A stretch of DNA of 59,951 nucleotides from Hydrolagus affinis. Lineage: Eukaryota. The position numbers and the translations under genes were made by a program. The notes beneath the pieces were generated by a model that saw only the letters and a list, made by a program, of their open reading frames with translations, did not search any database and had not been told where the DNA came from. Below are positions 10,679 to 24,100 of the stretch, one piece after another (position 1 is the first letter of the stretch; each line of letters opens with the position of its first letter). The DNA lies in contig JAAILG010001921.1 of NCBI GenBank assembly GCA_012026655.1, positions 1 to 59,951 of the forward strand, in the 5' to 3' direction.

Positions 10679-11040
10679 CAATAAAACCTTGTTTATCCGG
10701 TACCCAACCAACTGGCATACTCAACCAACCGGCATCTCCCAATTGTAACGGGAGATCCGGGACACTCGCGGTATGCTCACTTTACACCTGCGCACTTATT
10801 AAAGTTACCAAATGGTGGAATGCTTTTTTACCGATCATTTTACCAAGTGTGCTGGAATGTTTTATTGGTAAATATCCATACAATATTCTGTTATTATTGT
10901 CTATTATTAATATGGTATGTTTTGAAATAAGTTAATTTTTTGTGTAGGATTTTCGGCAACTTGCCGCTCGAGTATCCGGCATATTTGACTAACCGGCACC
11001 GGGCAGGTCCTGAGGGTGCCGGATAATGAAGGTTTTACTG
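10679..11040. mobile_element. Tc1/mariner-pogo (Tigger-like) MITE
   Basis: About 27-bp imperfect TIRs CAATAAAACCTTGTTTATCCGG / CCGGATAATGAAGGTTTTACTG flanked by TA. Confidence 0.75.
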
Positions 11041-11513
11041 TATATAGCGCCTTTCACGGGCGGAAGGACGTCCCAAGGTGCTTGACAGTCAGGTATTTGT
11101 GTCATCTCCTTGAGGAGAAAAATTATTGTGAATGAGTGTTGCTCCCCCCCACTTTATTCATTGCCTCTCTATAATATTTACAACCCAATTGGAAAAATCT
11201 ACCCTCCCCTTTAAGTTGGCTGAGACACAATAAACTCAGATCATTTGGTTCTACCCCCATCCCATGATGGCCCCATAATATTTACGACCAAGTAGAAATT
11301 TCACTTTCCCCTTTATGTTGCCCGACTCAAGACCATTCAGTCCTGTGTGTTGCCATCTGTCTTAATGCCATCCGGTAATATATTAGGATCCAGTCGTAAA
11401 CTCACTTCGCCCTTTAAGTGGGCTGAATGTACAATGCTCTGTGTTGAAGTAGAAATAACACACAAAAAAAAGGTAACTCGCATTTCAAATCCATTTTGAC
11501 ACAAAATACCACG

Positions 11514-11519
11514 TTTATT
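11514..11519 (-). terminator. Candidate polyadenylation signal of the RAP1GAP2-like gene
   Basis: AATAAA on the minus strand after U-rich UTR-like sequence and before a GU/U-rich stretch. Confidence 0.4.
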
Positions 11520-14500
11520 ATCGTGTTGCGTTACACAAAATAAAACAGGACAGGAAAACCGAATGTACAAATGAGATTTTTTTTCTGTTTTGAAACAACA
11601 CAAAACAAAAGAAATTTGCCAAAGTAGCAATAAATTAAATGTACAGTATTTACAGCTGCAGACAGTCCGGGCAGCGTCAAAAAAAGCTTTGCTGCGGTTC
11701 GATAACACTCCCACTCTGCGTGGATCAATCACATTCAGGTCCATTCAGCTCAATAGTCCAGCCTTCTGCGTTACGTGGGTCAGTATTACACTTTCATTAA
11801 GAGTGAGGTCTTATATTAAAGAATGAGCAACAAACACTGGCGCTATCACTCCCCCCCACCCCCTCAACTCACAAATGACACAATAGCTATGTGTAAATAG
11901 TGCTTTTTAAAAAATATATAAAAACATGTCTTTTGGGTGGATTAAGGTGGAAGGGTGGAGGTGTTCAGTGTCGGCAACAAATGCACTCTCATGTTAAAGG
12001 TATGTTGTGAGTTGGGTTTGGTGATGGGTTGAGGCTCTTTTCATTCAACAAATTTCCCTCCTCGCCCCCTCATCCCACCCATCTTATAAAAGATACATTT
12101 CCCACATCAATGTTCTCTTTCGGGCTTTACAGAGCAATTTGGTAATAATAATACTTGCATTTGATTACAGTACCTTATCACATCTTTGAAACGTCTCAAA
12201 ACGTAAGGTGGATTTAGTGGGTAAACCCACAACTATGTAGTGTGTGGTGCCATCTACACTTAAGATGTGGACCCACACATGGTTGGAACTGTGTCGGAAT
12301 GAATTTAAGATTCCCAAACTGAAACTAGCATTAATTTTTCAATGAAGAATGACATGATCCAGATCTGCGCTCCCACTGATGTTCCTACTCCGATCGCTGC
12401 ATTCACGGTGAATACTGAACAGTAGCCACTTGGGAGAGATACGTGGGAAAGCAAGAAGAGGATGATAGGAGTTACCAAAAATACACACATCTTCAGGAGA
12501 GGAGGAGGGGAATCAAGAGAATTGAAAGGAAAAAAATTCACAGCCTTTTTTTGTATATACATGGAATGCAGAAGACTTATTAAATATATTTTTATAATAT
12601 ATTAATTAATATAAAAGATTAATTAATATAACAGCTGAACACAGTGCCCACTCCCATGTTTGATCACATGAATGTGCTGAAACAAACTGATCCCACCCAG
12701 TCTGAGTAGCAACAACTTTACCTTCAAATTTAAGGAAGGATGGAAAACTTCTTAAGTTCAATCTCAATTTTCCCATAGAACTTTAAATTAAGACTGAAAT
12801 TTGGAAGTTGTTTTTTTTTAATAAAAGTCCATCCCCATTCCCCCCACCCCTCTCCCTCTACAGGATTTTAATTGCTAATGTCTTACAGGCTAAGACCAGG
12901 TGGAATTATGGGTCTCTTAATGGTGTGTTAAAAGTGAGCATGATTTACTTCAGAAGTGTTACGAAAAGTGCATTAAATTGTTTGAAGTGCTGAGTTTTTC
13001 CAAACTTTCCTTTTGTTTGAGAAAAAAAAAGAGATTTCATCACTTCAACGCCCAATGTGAAGGCCCCTTTGGTTTATTTGGGTGAAAGTTGATGGATTGA
13101 TGGCCTAACTCAATCCACTTGGGACATCTTGTGAAAGGCAGTGAGGCATGGATGAGAGAGAATGGGGATAAGGGAGGGAGAGGGGGTGGGTGGTGGGGGA
13201 GACCTCCTCTTCCTAGACTAACTCAAGATTCAGAAAATACATTTTCTAACAGCCTGCACCAGGCAGTATCAACAACAAAAAAAAATTACATTTGTTTAGC
13301 GCCTTTCACCTTTAGATAAGATAATAATCATGACCGGCCATTACAAAACAGCTAGTTTTTACCTCAAATATTGGCTTTCAGACAACTGTCCGAATTGAGG
13401 AATTTTTTTTTGGTTTTAAATGAAAAAAAGGCCTTTACTTGGCTGAAATAACTGAATGCTGCATTACATGAATGACTGTAATAATCAACAGATTCCTGAA
13501 CGAAAGGCTTCCGCAGTTCTGTATCTCGCTTGGCCTCTCAACGCCACAGCTACAGAACGTTTCAATTACACCTGAACAGTTCTGCAATAAAGCTACCACT
13601 GATTCCAATCATCATTGAACTCATGTATTATCTACTGGCCTTCAGCCACAAGAGGTCCCTCACAGACAGCACTGAGCTGGATTTGGTCCCCAAAGCCTGT
13701 CTTGATTAACCCCTTCAAAAGGGATTTGTGAAAAAATAAAGTTTGGCAAACTTCGCTTAATCTGCCCTCACCCCAATTCAGACACCGCCACACGACAAAA
13801 AACAAACAAAAAAAAAACAACTAATTGCATCGAACCATATTCTCGTTCTTTCTTTGTGCAGGGTATCAAAGTGCTCAGAGCTTTGTGTTAAGGCCCCATC
13901 CTCAACCGGAACAAAAGCTTGCCAAACATTCTTTCACAAAGCCAGCACCCTGCTGCCCCTTTAATCCTATATAACTATAATCTTTACAAAAATATGCATG
14001 TCAACATCTGCAAATAAGATTTTTTTTTGGCTTGCTAATTTCTAACGTTGATTATTTTGTATAGTACCACCAGATAGACAGATAGGATCACAGAACACGT
14101 CTTAATTTTCCTGGGATTAACAGTAGTACAACTGCACCAAAAAACACTGGCCAATAGCGATGTACAGGGGAGGGGTGGGGGCGACCTGTTATAAAGTGCT
14201 TTGCTTTTAAGGCGGAAGCCATCTTGGCTTTCGACACTCTAGGACACTTCTAGGTCTTCAGGGTGCTGATGACAGCAGTTCACTGCAGTGAGCAGCTCAC
14301 GCGTGCAAAGGACGTGATGTTGACAGTCACCTGACCACCCACCCAGAGGTCGGACATTTCCACCAATGGGGGTCAGAGACATGGGAACCAATACATGGCT
14401 ACATCTCCACAGGGTTGTCCCCTATTTGGTTTTTCCACCCAACCGACGTCTGAAGCAATTGAGATTTGGGAACCGTTGGCTGGTTGGGTATACATCGTCA

Positions 14501-15158
14501 CCTCTCTCAGCCCATTCCTACAAAAAGGTGAGGAACTTCTATCATTCGAGAAGAACGAAACCTAGGCTGGATAAACAGCCTGTAAAAGGCTTGGGGTTGG
14601 GGATGGGTGGGAGTTTGGTAAGTACACAAATGACACCCCTCCATCTAGACACGAATCTCTCAGCGTTTCAGAGAGTGCAAGGTTTGGCACATTGTTGCAT
14701 TTCCATCTGGATTTCGATGAGCCTTTTTTTTTTGACCCTCTACTCTCCGTGAGAGCTACGGAGTCAAGGCTGAGTTTAAGAATTTGCTAAAATGCTCATC
14801 GCACGCCCTGAAAAGTTGAGGAAATAAGATAAATCGAGAAGTGGGTGGAATTTGGTCGCTTCCCCCATCTCTCCCCACACACCTGGGGAGGGTGGGGGAG
14901 AGATGGGGGGGGAGGGAGAAACAACAAAATTCTATTGTCTCGTTTGGTTGCAGAAATTCTACTAGAATCCCAGAAGGATAGATTCACCCCTGCTAAGACG
15001 ACAATGCAAGATTTTCCTCTTGCGCACGCACCACATTGAAAACTTTTGGAATATGAAATACGCAGACGACAATCCTAAGCTGGGCATGATTTTTGTCAAC
15101 GGGCAGTGAACACATCGGCAGATAACAAGGTTACGTACGACACGTAGTTTTTAGCTTC

Positions 15159-15170
15159 TCACACGGAGTA
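15159..15170 (-). CDS. Candidate last exon start (YSV* if phase 0), followed by a long 3' UTR
   Basis: Acceptor gttgctttgcacag; largely unique sequence follows down to about 11.5 kb. Confidence 0.3.
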   Translation of the reverse strand, partial: YSV

Positions 15171-18100
15171 CTGTGCAAAGCAACATCAGCAGGAGTTCAA
15201 ATAAATTAATTGTACTCAGGTACCCGCCTCTCCATATCCTCCCCCCACCTTCCCCATCTCTTCTCCCCACCCATTTCCTAGCACCCGCATTCCCCTTCTC
15301 CTTCTCTCTCCCTGATGCTTTCTGTCTCTCTTCGCCCCCCGCTTCCATCTGTCCCTCCCGCATTCCTTCTGTTTCTTGCCCCGCCCCCCTTCTCTGTGTC
15401 TCTCTTCTACCCCCTTTTCCATCTCCCTGTTTCCCTCTCTGTCTCCCCCGCCCTATCTCCCATTCCCCGCCTGCACACACCTTAGAATTGCTCATGGTCC
15501 CCAACACTTCACAAGAACTAATGGCCCCCATAAATCATGGAGGTCGTGTTATAATCCTTCCCTCCCCCCAACTCCCCCCCCAACCCAGTCAACCAACAAA
15601 CATTAACTCAGTGAGATTTCACTGTCCACGCAGCCACACAAACTTCAAACAAAATATATTTCCTCGCCTTGATCTGGAAACTATGCTCTCAATCTTGAAA
15701 CATTGCATCCCGTTTCGTTTGGGCTCTGTTAAAAAATATATACGAGGTTCAGCCTCGCCTTGTCTTCACAATTGGTATGGCCAATACAAACAAACAGTAT
15801 CGAGGTCAAAAATCTCCCCTCTGGGTCACTCAGAGTAATGAGGGTGTCTCCACAGGGCAGGGGGGGGCAATGTTTGGAGCAATTTATTTGAACCCCTGAA
15901 ACAGCAGGTAGGTGTCTCTGTGCTACCCTCCTTCCTCACAGAGAGAGAGAGAGAGAGAGAGAAAAAAACCCCAAAAACGCAGCTTTAGGGTAGTGAAGGG
16001 CGAGACTTTTCCAGAGCTACTTTTTGTAGTGAATGCGAGTTCTCACAAAGCCGTCGAAGGAATGGCAATGGCGCTTTAAAGGGCCATTAGGTGGGTTGGC
16101 GTTTACTGAAAAGGAGGATACAATGGAAATAAATAAATAAATCAGACACAATTTGTCGTCGATCATCGAGTGTTAGAACATCACAACTGGGCTCTGCACA
16201 TCAGCTCTGCACTCCCTGCTTTCCTCCATGTAAGCCATCTAATGCACTACTGGTGTACGCGCTTTTGGCCACGAAACTGCCACTCTCTTTCCCTCAATCT
16301 CTCCGCCTTGCCCTCTTCCCCTATCCAACCTTTAGATCCCACCTGAAGACCTTCCTTTCTGATCGTGCTTAATGTCACCTCCCACCTCCCTCTCGCTCAG
16401 GGTCTGACTCCACCTTTGTCAAGCGCTCCAGGACGCTATATATAAAATGCAAGTTATCGTTGATGATATTGTCCCACTCGCCTATACATAGAAACAATTC
16501 TTATGACTAGTCTCCTGTTATGCCTGCAATCTACAGCCCTAATGGGGAGGGTGTTCCTAGCTGGAGTGGAAGGCTTACTTGCTCGCTGCTTTACAACTGC
16601 GCAGAAAACAAGTACCAACTGACCTTATAAATCTGTTTCCGGGCGAAGTTCTCGCTTCCCACTAGTGGCTCTGCTTAAAAAGGAAGACGGGAGAGACAGA
16701 GAGAGAGAGAGAGAGATACCAATGAAAAAAAATTTTTAATCAGGCATTGCGTATAATCCTTGCATTAGATATGGTGCCTTTCACACAGGAAGAACATCTC
16801 AAAGGTCTTCATAAGATTATAATGTAAAGTGTAGTGGCTGTCTATTTTGTAGGCAAACGGGTCATGTAATTTTGTGCACAGTACAGTAATGTCCCCCAAA
16901 CAGCCATGAAGTGAATAACCAATTTTATCTGGAGGGCATTGTGAGAAACTCTCTTCTCTTTTTGAATAGATCCTTAACTTCTACCTGGACAGGCCAAGAT
17001 GGAGTTTAACATTCACGTTTGGATTTGGGGTTTCATGGTGTGCCAATACCACCACTCGCAGTGAAATAACAAGTGTCCATATCTGGCTCAGTGGAGATGT
17101 TCTCTCTCTTTCTCTCACCCGTTCCTTACCCCATCACTAGTTTAGAACCAAACGCCTCAAAAAGCTGCCAAAGACAAGCAGGCGGAGAGTCCAGTCCCAA
17201 TTCCCTGACTCTCGCAGGCATGGGCTCACAGCAAGACACCTGGCTGACAATTCCCCAGATAAAACTGGTCACTGACTACAAGCTTGGGTGTCAGGTGAAG
17301 AGAATTTTAGACTTGATTGTGGTGCCTGCCCCTACCCAACCTCATATAAACCCACGCCCCATTGCAGCCCAGCCCCCCAAACTCACTTATTCTGCTGACC
17401 GTCTGGGCTGAAGAGTAGATAACTATTTGCGGGGTGAGGAGGGAGAAGAGAGAATCACTAGAGAAGAAAGGAAAAGCAATGGGGAAACCTCCCCCTCCCC
17501 GTGTCTGTCACAGGGGGAAGAGAAGGAGAGATCAGAGTGAAATGGTGAACCCATATCTTTCAACTCTGGCTCTCACAGCACTCAACCCCCTTCGCGGTTT
17601 TTCCACGCAAAAGGGTCGTGGAAATCTGGAATTCTCTTCCCACAAACCGACCTGGATACCGGATCCATTCAAATTATCAAGAAGGAACGGGATAGATTTT
17701 TTTTTGTTAGGTCAGGGTATCAAGGGACATGGGGCAAAGGTGGGTGATTGGAGTTGAGTTGATTGGAGTTCAGCCATGATCTAATCGAATGGTGGAACAG
17801 GCTTGAGGGGCTGAATGGCCTGCTCCCTATGTTCCTAGTATGACTTTGCACTCACAGTCTAGGATCCAGTGAAGCGCTTGATGGGCCATGGTGTCGGGAA
17901 GTGACACATTGTGAAAGGTACCATCCTTTGGATGAGATGTTAAACTATGGAACTGCCTATGCCTGTCCAGATGGACGTTAAAGTTCCTGTGGCACTATGT
18001 ACTCAGAAAAAGCAGGAAGTATCTTTCTCTTCCGGTTGCCAATTCCCCAGATAGATTTGGTCATTCACCACACAGTTGTCCCTGGCAAACTCCGCTCTGC

Positions 18101-21100
18101 GCAAATTTGCGCTCCTCCACAGCCACAGTATTTTACACAAAAATCTTGTGAAGACCTTTGAGACGCCTCGAAGGCAATGATAAGACACCATATCAAATGC
18201 AAGTCTTATTGTCATCAGTACACTCTGGGCTCACTGTGATAGGTGCGGCAAATATCCTGTCTCCAGGTCCAAGGATTCAGTGACACCGGTGACCTAGATC
18301 TCTTTATCCCTAAATCCCCCTATTCCTGGCCACCCTCCCCCTGCTTTCAAAACCCATCTAAAAAATCTCTCTTTGACAGAGTCTTAGTCAGAAGCCATCA
18401 CTAACTCCCACCTGCACACACTGCTTGGACAGGATTTCCTTTGTGAAAGGCGTTGTGTACAGGCATGTAAGTATTGATATTGTTGTCAGGTTGATGGGGA
18501 TGGTGTGTGTGTGTGGTGTGTATGTGCGCTAGCCTGCATCTGTAGTGGGCACGCGTGCATGTGTGCTAGTATGCAGGGTGGGTGTGTATGTATTGAAGCA
18601 CATGTGCGTGCACACATATGGCATTTGTGTGTGTGTGTGTGTGTATGCATGTTTGTTGTGTGTGTGTATACGTATGGAGAGGTGTGTGTGTGTGCATGGG
18701 GGGAGTATGTGTCTGTATGAAGGCAGACACTGAGGTGCTATGTGCAGACCTGTGGGGCTCTTGCAGGAAGTGATGACGTTTTGGTTTTCATTGGTCCCCA
18801 ACGGGCTGTAGAGAAAAACATCCTGTCGGAAAGGAGAAGCCGTTGACGTCTGGCTTCCCTGAGCAAAAAAGAAATTGGTGGTGATGAAGAAAGATTACAA
18901 AACGCAAACACAAAGCAACAAAAAAAACACATCAATAATAATAAGAAAATAACATTCCAAGGAATTGGATCGAAAAAGAATTTTTTTCCCCATTGAGGGG
19001 AACAAACGCTATTCTTTCCCGTCTTCAACTTCTCCACCACCATCACGACGAAAGTTATGTTGTTATCCCAAACTTGCTCTTGCACAGTGTCTTTCACATG
19101 AGGAAAGCATCTCCAAGTGCTTCTCAGAGACACAGATGGAGCCCGGGCAGGGGTGGGGAAATGGCGGAAAGGTATGTGTGAGTGGGGGCGGTGAAGGCGC
19201 AGTCAAAGAGAGAGGTTTTTGTTTTGTTTCCCCCCCCCCACACCACCACCCCCAGGAAGGTCTTCCAAGCAGCAAAAGATGGTGGTAAGGAACCCCAAAT
19301 AATTCAACGCTCATCAAAACTCCCTCTGATCTCCCAACACACGTATCTATCTCAGCCAACAGAACAGCAGCCCTTTCCTCCTCCAAGAAAATAGTCAGCC
19401 AAATCCACTTTACAGTATATCCTGTAAAGTGCTTTGAGACACCTCAAAAGGTACGGTGAGGTGTTGTATCAAATGCAAGGATTATGAAGATTCTGATGAT
19501 GATTATTATTGTAACTTCCCAAGGAACAAGGGTCTTTAATCTACTCCCCCGCCCTGAGACATGGTGCTGCGGGAGGACTTACTGCACTGGTCTCGTACTC
19601 CTCCATTGCCTCGCTCTCCCCGGCCGTGCTGCTGAAGCTGCTGGTACTTGACGAAGAGCGCGAGATGTTGTCCCTCCCGTTCTCCTTGAGTTTATTGAAG
19701 ATCCTGGCGAGTAGGAGGAAAGACAGGGGTGGTGGTGGGGTGGGAGGGAGGGGAGGGGGGGGAGAAAAACACCTGGTCAAAAGTTGACTTTCACTTTACT
19801 TTGGAGAGGAACCCGAGGGGGTTCAAAAGGAGCGCAATTAAAGCCAGCGTCCGTCAGAAACCCAACGCTGCCCAGTGTAATGAAAATGGCGCAGATAGGA
19901 TCAAATAGATGACAGAGGCGATCCTGATTCAAAAGGTCAGGTGCTTTGTCGATACAAGGGATCAAATGAATCGCATTTCTCAGGAGTCGGGCAAGAAACA
20001 CATTTCAGTCTGGATATGTCACTGCTGATAAGTTGCGTTCATCCTCAAACAAACATAAAGAGCACTGCATTTAGTATTTGCATTTTCTCTGTCTCACACA
20101 CAGACACCACCCAACCCCCTCCACTCTCTCTCTCTCTCGCACAGTCAGGATTTGACGATCAGTACTTAGGCTCCCATTCGCTCTGTTCAATTTGGTCTAT
20201 GCACTTTCCTGGCTTTCCTTCAGTGCCGCAGCTGTGTTGGTACCAGGCACGTTCATGGTGTTTGTTTGCTCAGATAAATGAGGACATTCGATTGATGCTG
20301 CGGTCACATCCTCAAAGGATATCATTGCGCCCTGGGGTGCTTGTTGCGAAGCAACATCTTTGAGATGGCGTTCGGTAAAAATGCAAGTTCTTTCTAATCC
20401 TATTCTTCCTCAGGTTCGAGCACAGCTGAGTTGGCTGGGTTGCTGTGGTTAGCACTGTCGCCTCTCTCTCTGGTGAGGTCATGAGCCTCTGAGGTTAAAG
20501 CCTCCAGACCAGTACAGTCTTGGAGGAAACACTGCATTGTTAGATCCCATGAAGTACCTGAAGAATGAAGGGAAAGTTTCCCCCCCGTGTCCCAGCCAAC
20601 AACCCTCCCACAGGTATAAAATGGCCGTTAATTTTTTGGGGGTTGCTTCCAAACGCTTGATGGCAATTCTCCGTGAAGCATTTAGGGATATTCCGGCCTC
20701 GCGGCGCTGGCTCGAGGATTGCGGTTATTTAGAGAGAGACCGGCTGACGGCAGTTGGCATTACCTGTCTTTGTTGGGGCACATTTCGGGCGAGCTGGGAT
20801 TGGAGGAAGTGTCCCATTTGACTTCCTGTGAGATTTGGCCACACTCGGGCGTCCTCGGTAAACTTGACAAGCTTTCACTGTCACACACACACAAAAAAAT
20901 CAATACAATAAAAAAATTAACAACTAACTCCCGAGTAGAACAATAGAAACTTACAGCATTTAATATTCAGTGCATGAGGAATTTGCTGCATCTCTGAAAA
21001 AGCTAGCATTTTGTCTCATACAGGAGTATGAGAGATGTAATTTCTCTCATATATCAAATGAGAAGACCTGGGGTTCGATTCCCGGACAGGCCAAAACATT

Positions 21101-24100
21101 AGGCACTTTCCTTACTCCACACATCCTCCATTTACCTAGCAAGTAAGTAGGAACTTGGTTATCAGTTAATTAGCAGATTGCTTTTCCAGGGGGTGGAGGG
21201 TGGGGGGGAATAATCCCTTCAAATTTAGTTTTAAAAATAATAATTTGATCATTCAATCCACCACTGTTTGTGGGACACTGGAAACCCCTCATTACTGTAT
21301 ATCCCAGCTGATTCGTGCTGAAAGCAGAAAAATCCTTCAGTCACACTCAATAGCAAAGTGGAAGTCTGGCTCAGTGTCAAGTATGCGTTCAGCTCTTACT
21401 GAATCTGCAGGGTTGGAGATGAAGCAGAGAAATCTGACATTTACGAGATCTCTCTCCCCCAGTGAAGCCCAATGCAGGTCAGGGAAAGCTCAAAAGCTTC
21501 AGGCGCAATACACAGATGGAAAACAATAAAAAGGGAAACTCAACAAATGGATTTGAACAAAATAAAACAAAGCAAATAAAAAAAAATCAAGAGGGTAGTT
21601 TGCAGCAGGAATTGTTCTCCAATAGGGAATTTGAATTGCACTGAGCATACGCACAGACAGACAGATAAACAAACTGATAGACAATGGGGGCTGGGTAGGG
21701 GAAAGAGAGATTCCAACTGGGTTTAAGACTATTTTCTTAATGTTTCAGAATGTAGGCATTTTCCAAATTAAGATTCATTGAGAATTTGTCCACATTCTGA
21801 GCTCCAAAATGCTAAGAAAATTTCACAAGTCAGGAACCAGCTGTAATTTGTGCTCTGCGCTCTCGTTTCACTATTTTTAAATTCTAAAAGTAACGAGTCT
21901 GAAACCATCCATGATTTGCTAAGAGTGACTGGTGGGAAATTATTGATACTATTTCTGTGAACAATATCCCTTAAGTGAAGTTATTCTCCCAAAAGCCAAA
22001 CCGTCTGGGTAAAGCCAGGTGGGATCTCAAATCACTGCCCCGACTGAGTCCATGATCTTGATCTTTCAAGTCCGTTTGGGGACTGACTGACTGGAGGAAC
22101 TCATTTTTATCCAGGATGATTAAACTCCTCATTAAGCGCAGCGATCTGCAGGCTGGTTAAGCAGCTCGATTTAGCCACGGGCATCATTTGTTAAAAAGTG
22201 ACAGGCCAAATGATTGAAGAACTAAAAATAAGCTGTGACTGCATTTAGCAGACCCAAGTAACCAGTGAGATGTATGTCAGGAATATATACACTCTACTGT
22301 GAGTGTCTGGCTCTTGGGGTCATGATCTATCCCGTTGATGACTATAAAAATAATAATCTTAGGGCAGAGAGCATCCAACTACTTGTATTCATTTTAGCAC
22401 TCGTCACTTAGAACAAGAACTGAGTGCTTTACAGTGGCCAAAGCGACTGATACCTGGCCAGCAATCCTCCAGAAGTAGTGGACACCAAGCAAGGAAGAGG
22501 CCAGGGGAAAATGAGGGTCACTCTAAACTACACTGAGGTCTAAACAATTAGACGCAATTAACTCTTGAAAAGGAGACGTTGAAAAGGAGACGTCTCGGAG
22601 GAGTTGGACGGAGAAACCCATCTCCAACCAACCACCGCTTCTGAGACATCTCGGCTCATCTGATCTCATGCCCCTCCCGCCCCCCAACCGCACAGCAGTA
22701 GAAAAAGGTGTGGGGGGGGGTGTGCAGTTTGCAAAGGTGCAATTTCAGACCAGACAACCCAAAAAAACCCAAAGACTGATTAACAATTGGTGCAGGTTAC
22801 TAGGAAAGGCGGTTGAGGCTGGGATGCTGGGACTCATTTAAATGTACAGTATTAAAAACATATAGCTCGAAGCTGTGAGGGCAGAACAGTAGGGTGGGTG
22901 TTTTGGAGCCATGAGATCAGATGGGCCGAAAAGCCTTCTTTATCTGAACGGAGTTTGTGATCTGAAGACCGATTCCTGGCTAGCAATCCTCCAGATGAAT
23001 AGGTCTCTCGTGGATGGACCTCAATATTTTCAGGCTTCCCTATTCTTGCCAGTAATTTGCCGTGATGTTCTTTGATACGCAACAAGGCATTGTAAAGATG
23101 CAAGTTGATGCTACAGGTTTCTACTGCCCCCCCACCCCCACACTCACCATCGCGGGCGGCCATCTGATTGTCCGTCCGAGCCGGCAAGGGATCGAGGGAA
23201 GAGGCCAGATCTTCTCTTCACCGGGCTCTTCAGCATCTTTGCCTGTTGCTGAGGATTAGAGAGCAAGCAACAGAGAGAGAGAGAGAGAGAGAGAAAGAAG
23301 AAATGTTACTATAGGGAAATGCAGCCAGCTCAACATGCAACAGAAAACCCATGAACGTAGCTTGAGATAGAAGAGGGCCACAGAATCCAGGTAATTTACA
23401 CCCACAAAATATACAGTCAATTCACTTTACATTATAATATAGGACATCTTGAAGACTTGATGAAGCGCTGTATCAAATGCAAGAATTATTATTATTTAAA
23501 AATGTTATAATTTCTCAGATGTTCACTGCAAATGCATTGGACAACCAACACATTTCTAAAAAGGATGTATACAAGATCACATGGGATGAAGAAGGCCCTT
23601 CCTCCCATCTGATCTCAGCCCTCCCATCGTAGCATCAAGATGCTTTTTTAGATGCTTTTCAAGGGCTCCTTGTGTGAGGGCTGTTACATAAATGCAAGTT
23701 GTCATTGTTGTTGATCTCATGGTCTGGACATCTTATAGAGGACATCCAGTTTGCCAGTTTTGGAAGCACTTTCAGTTTGCTTTAGACTTTCACGAGAGAG
23801 CCAAGCATCTCAGGTTAACATATAATTGAGCCTTGGAATTGCCTGCTAGATACATCAAGGAAATTAAGCAGAAAGCTAGGAATTCAGCCCCCATTTGTTT
23901 TATGCTATCCCAGCAGGGCTGTTCTTACAGGGTTTAAACCTTATTAATTTTATACTCTTTACCGGCAATATTAACTTTATTGTAAACATCTGCGATGAAC
24001 ACAAGAAGCTTGAAACAGCAGCAGCAGTGACTGATCTGCAACTTATCACCATTTCCCTTTCCTCTACCGCACCTCTCCGTACCACTGCCCAGCAAACACT

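Noticed and set aside
15173-15838. 221-aa plus-strand ORF, longest in the track
   Set aside because: Low-complexity Pro/Ser/Leu translation of a CT-rich tract antisense to an intron; no domain or splice support
22565-22592. 14-bp tandem duplication ttgaaaaggagacg x2 (also attaattaatata x2 near 12601 and degenerate pentamers at 27565-27625)
   Set aside because: Simple slippage products; no spacer structure, not CRISPR-like, no further evidence of function
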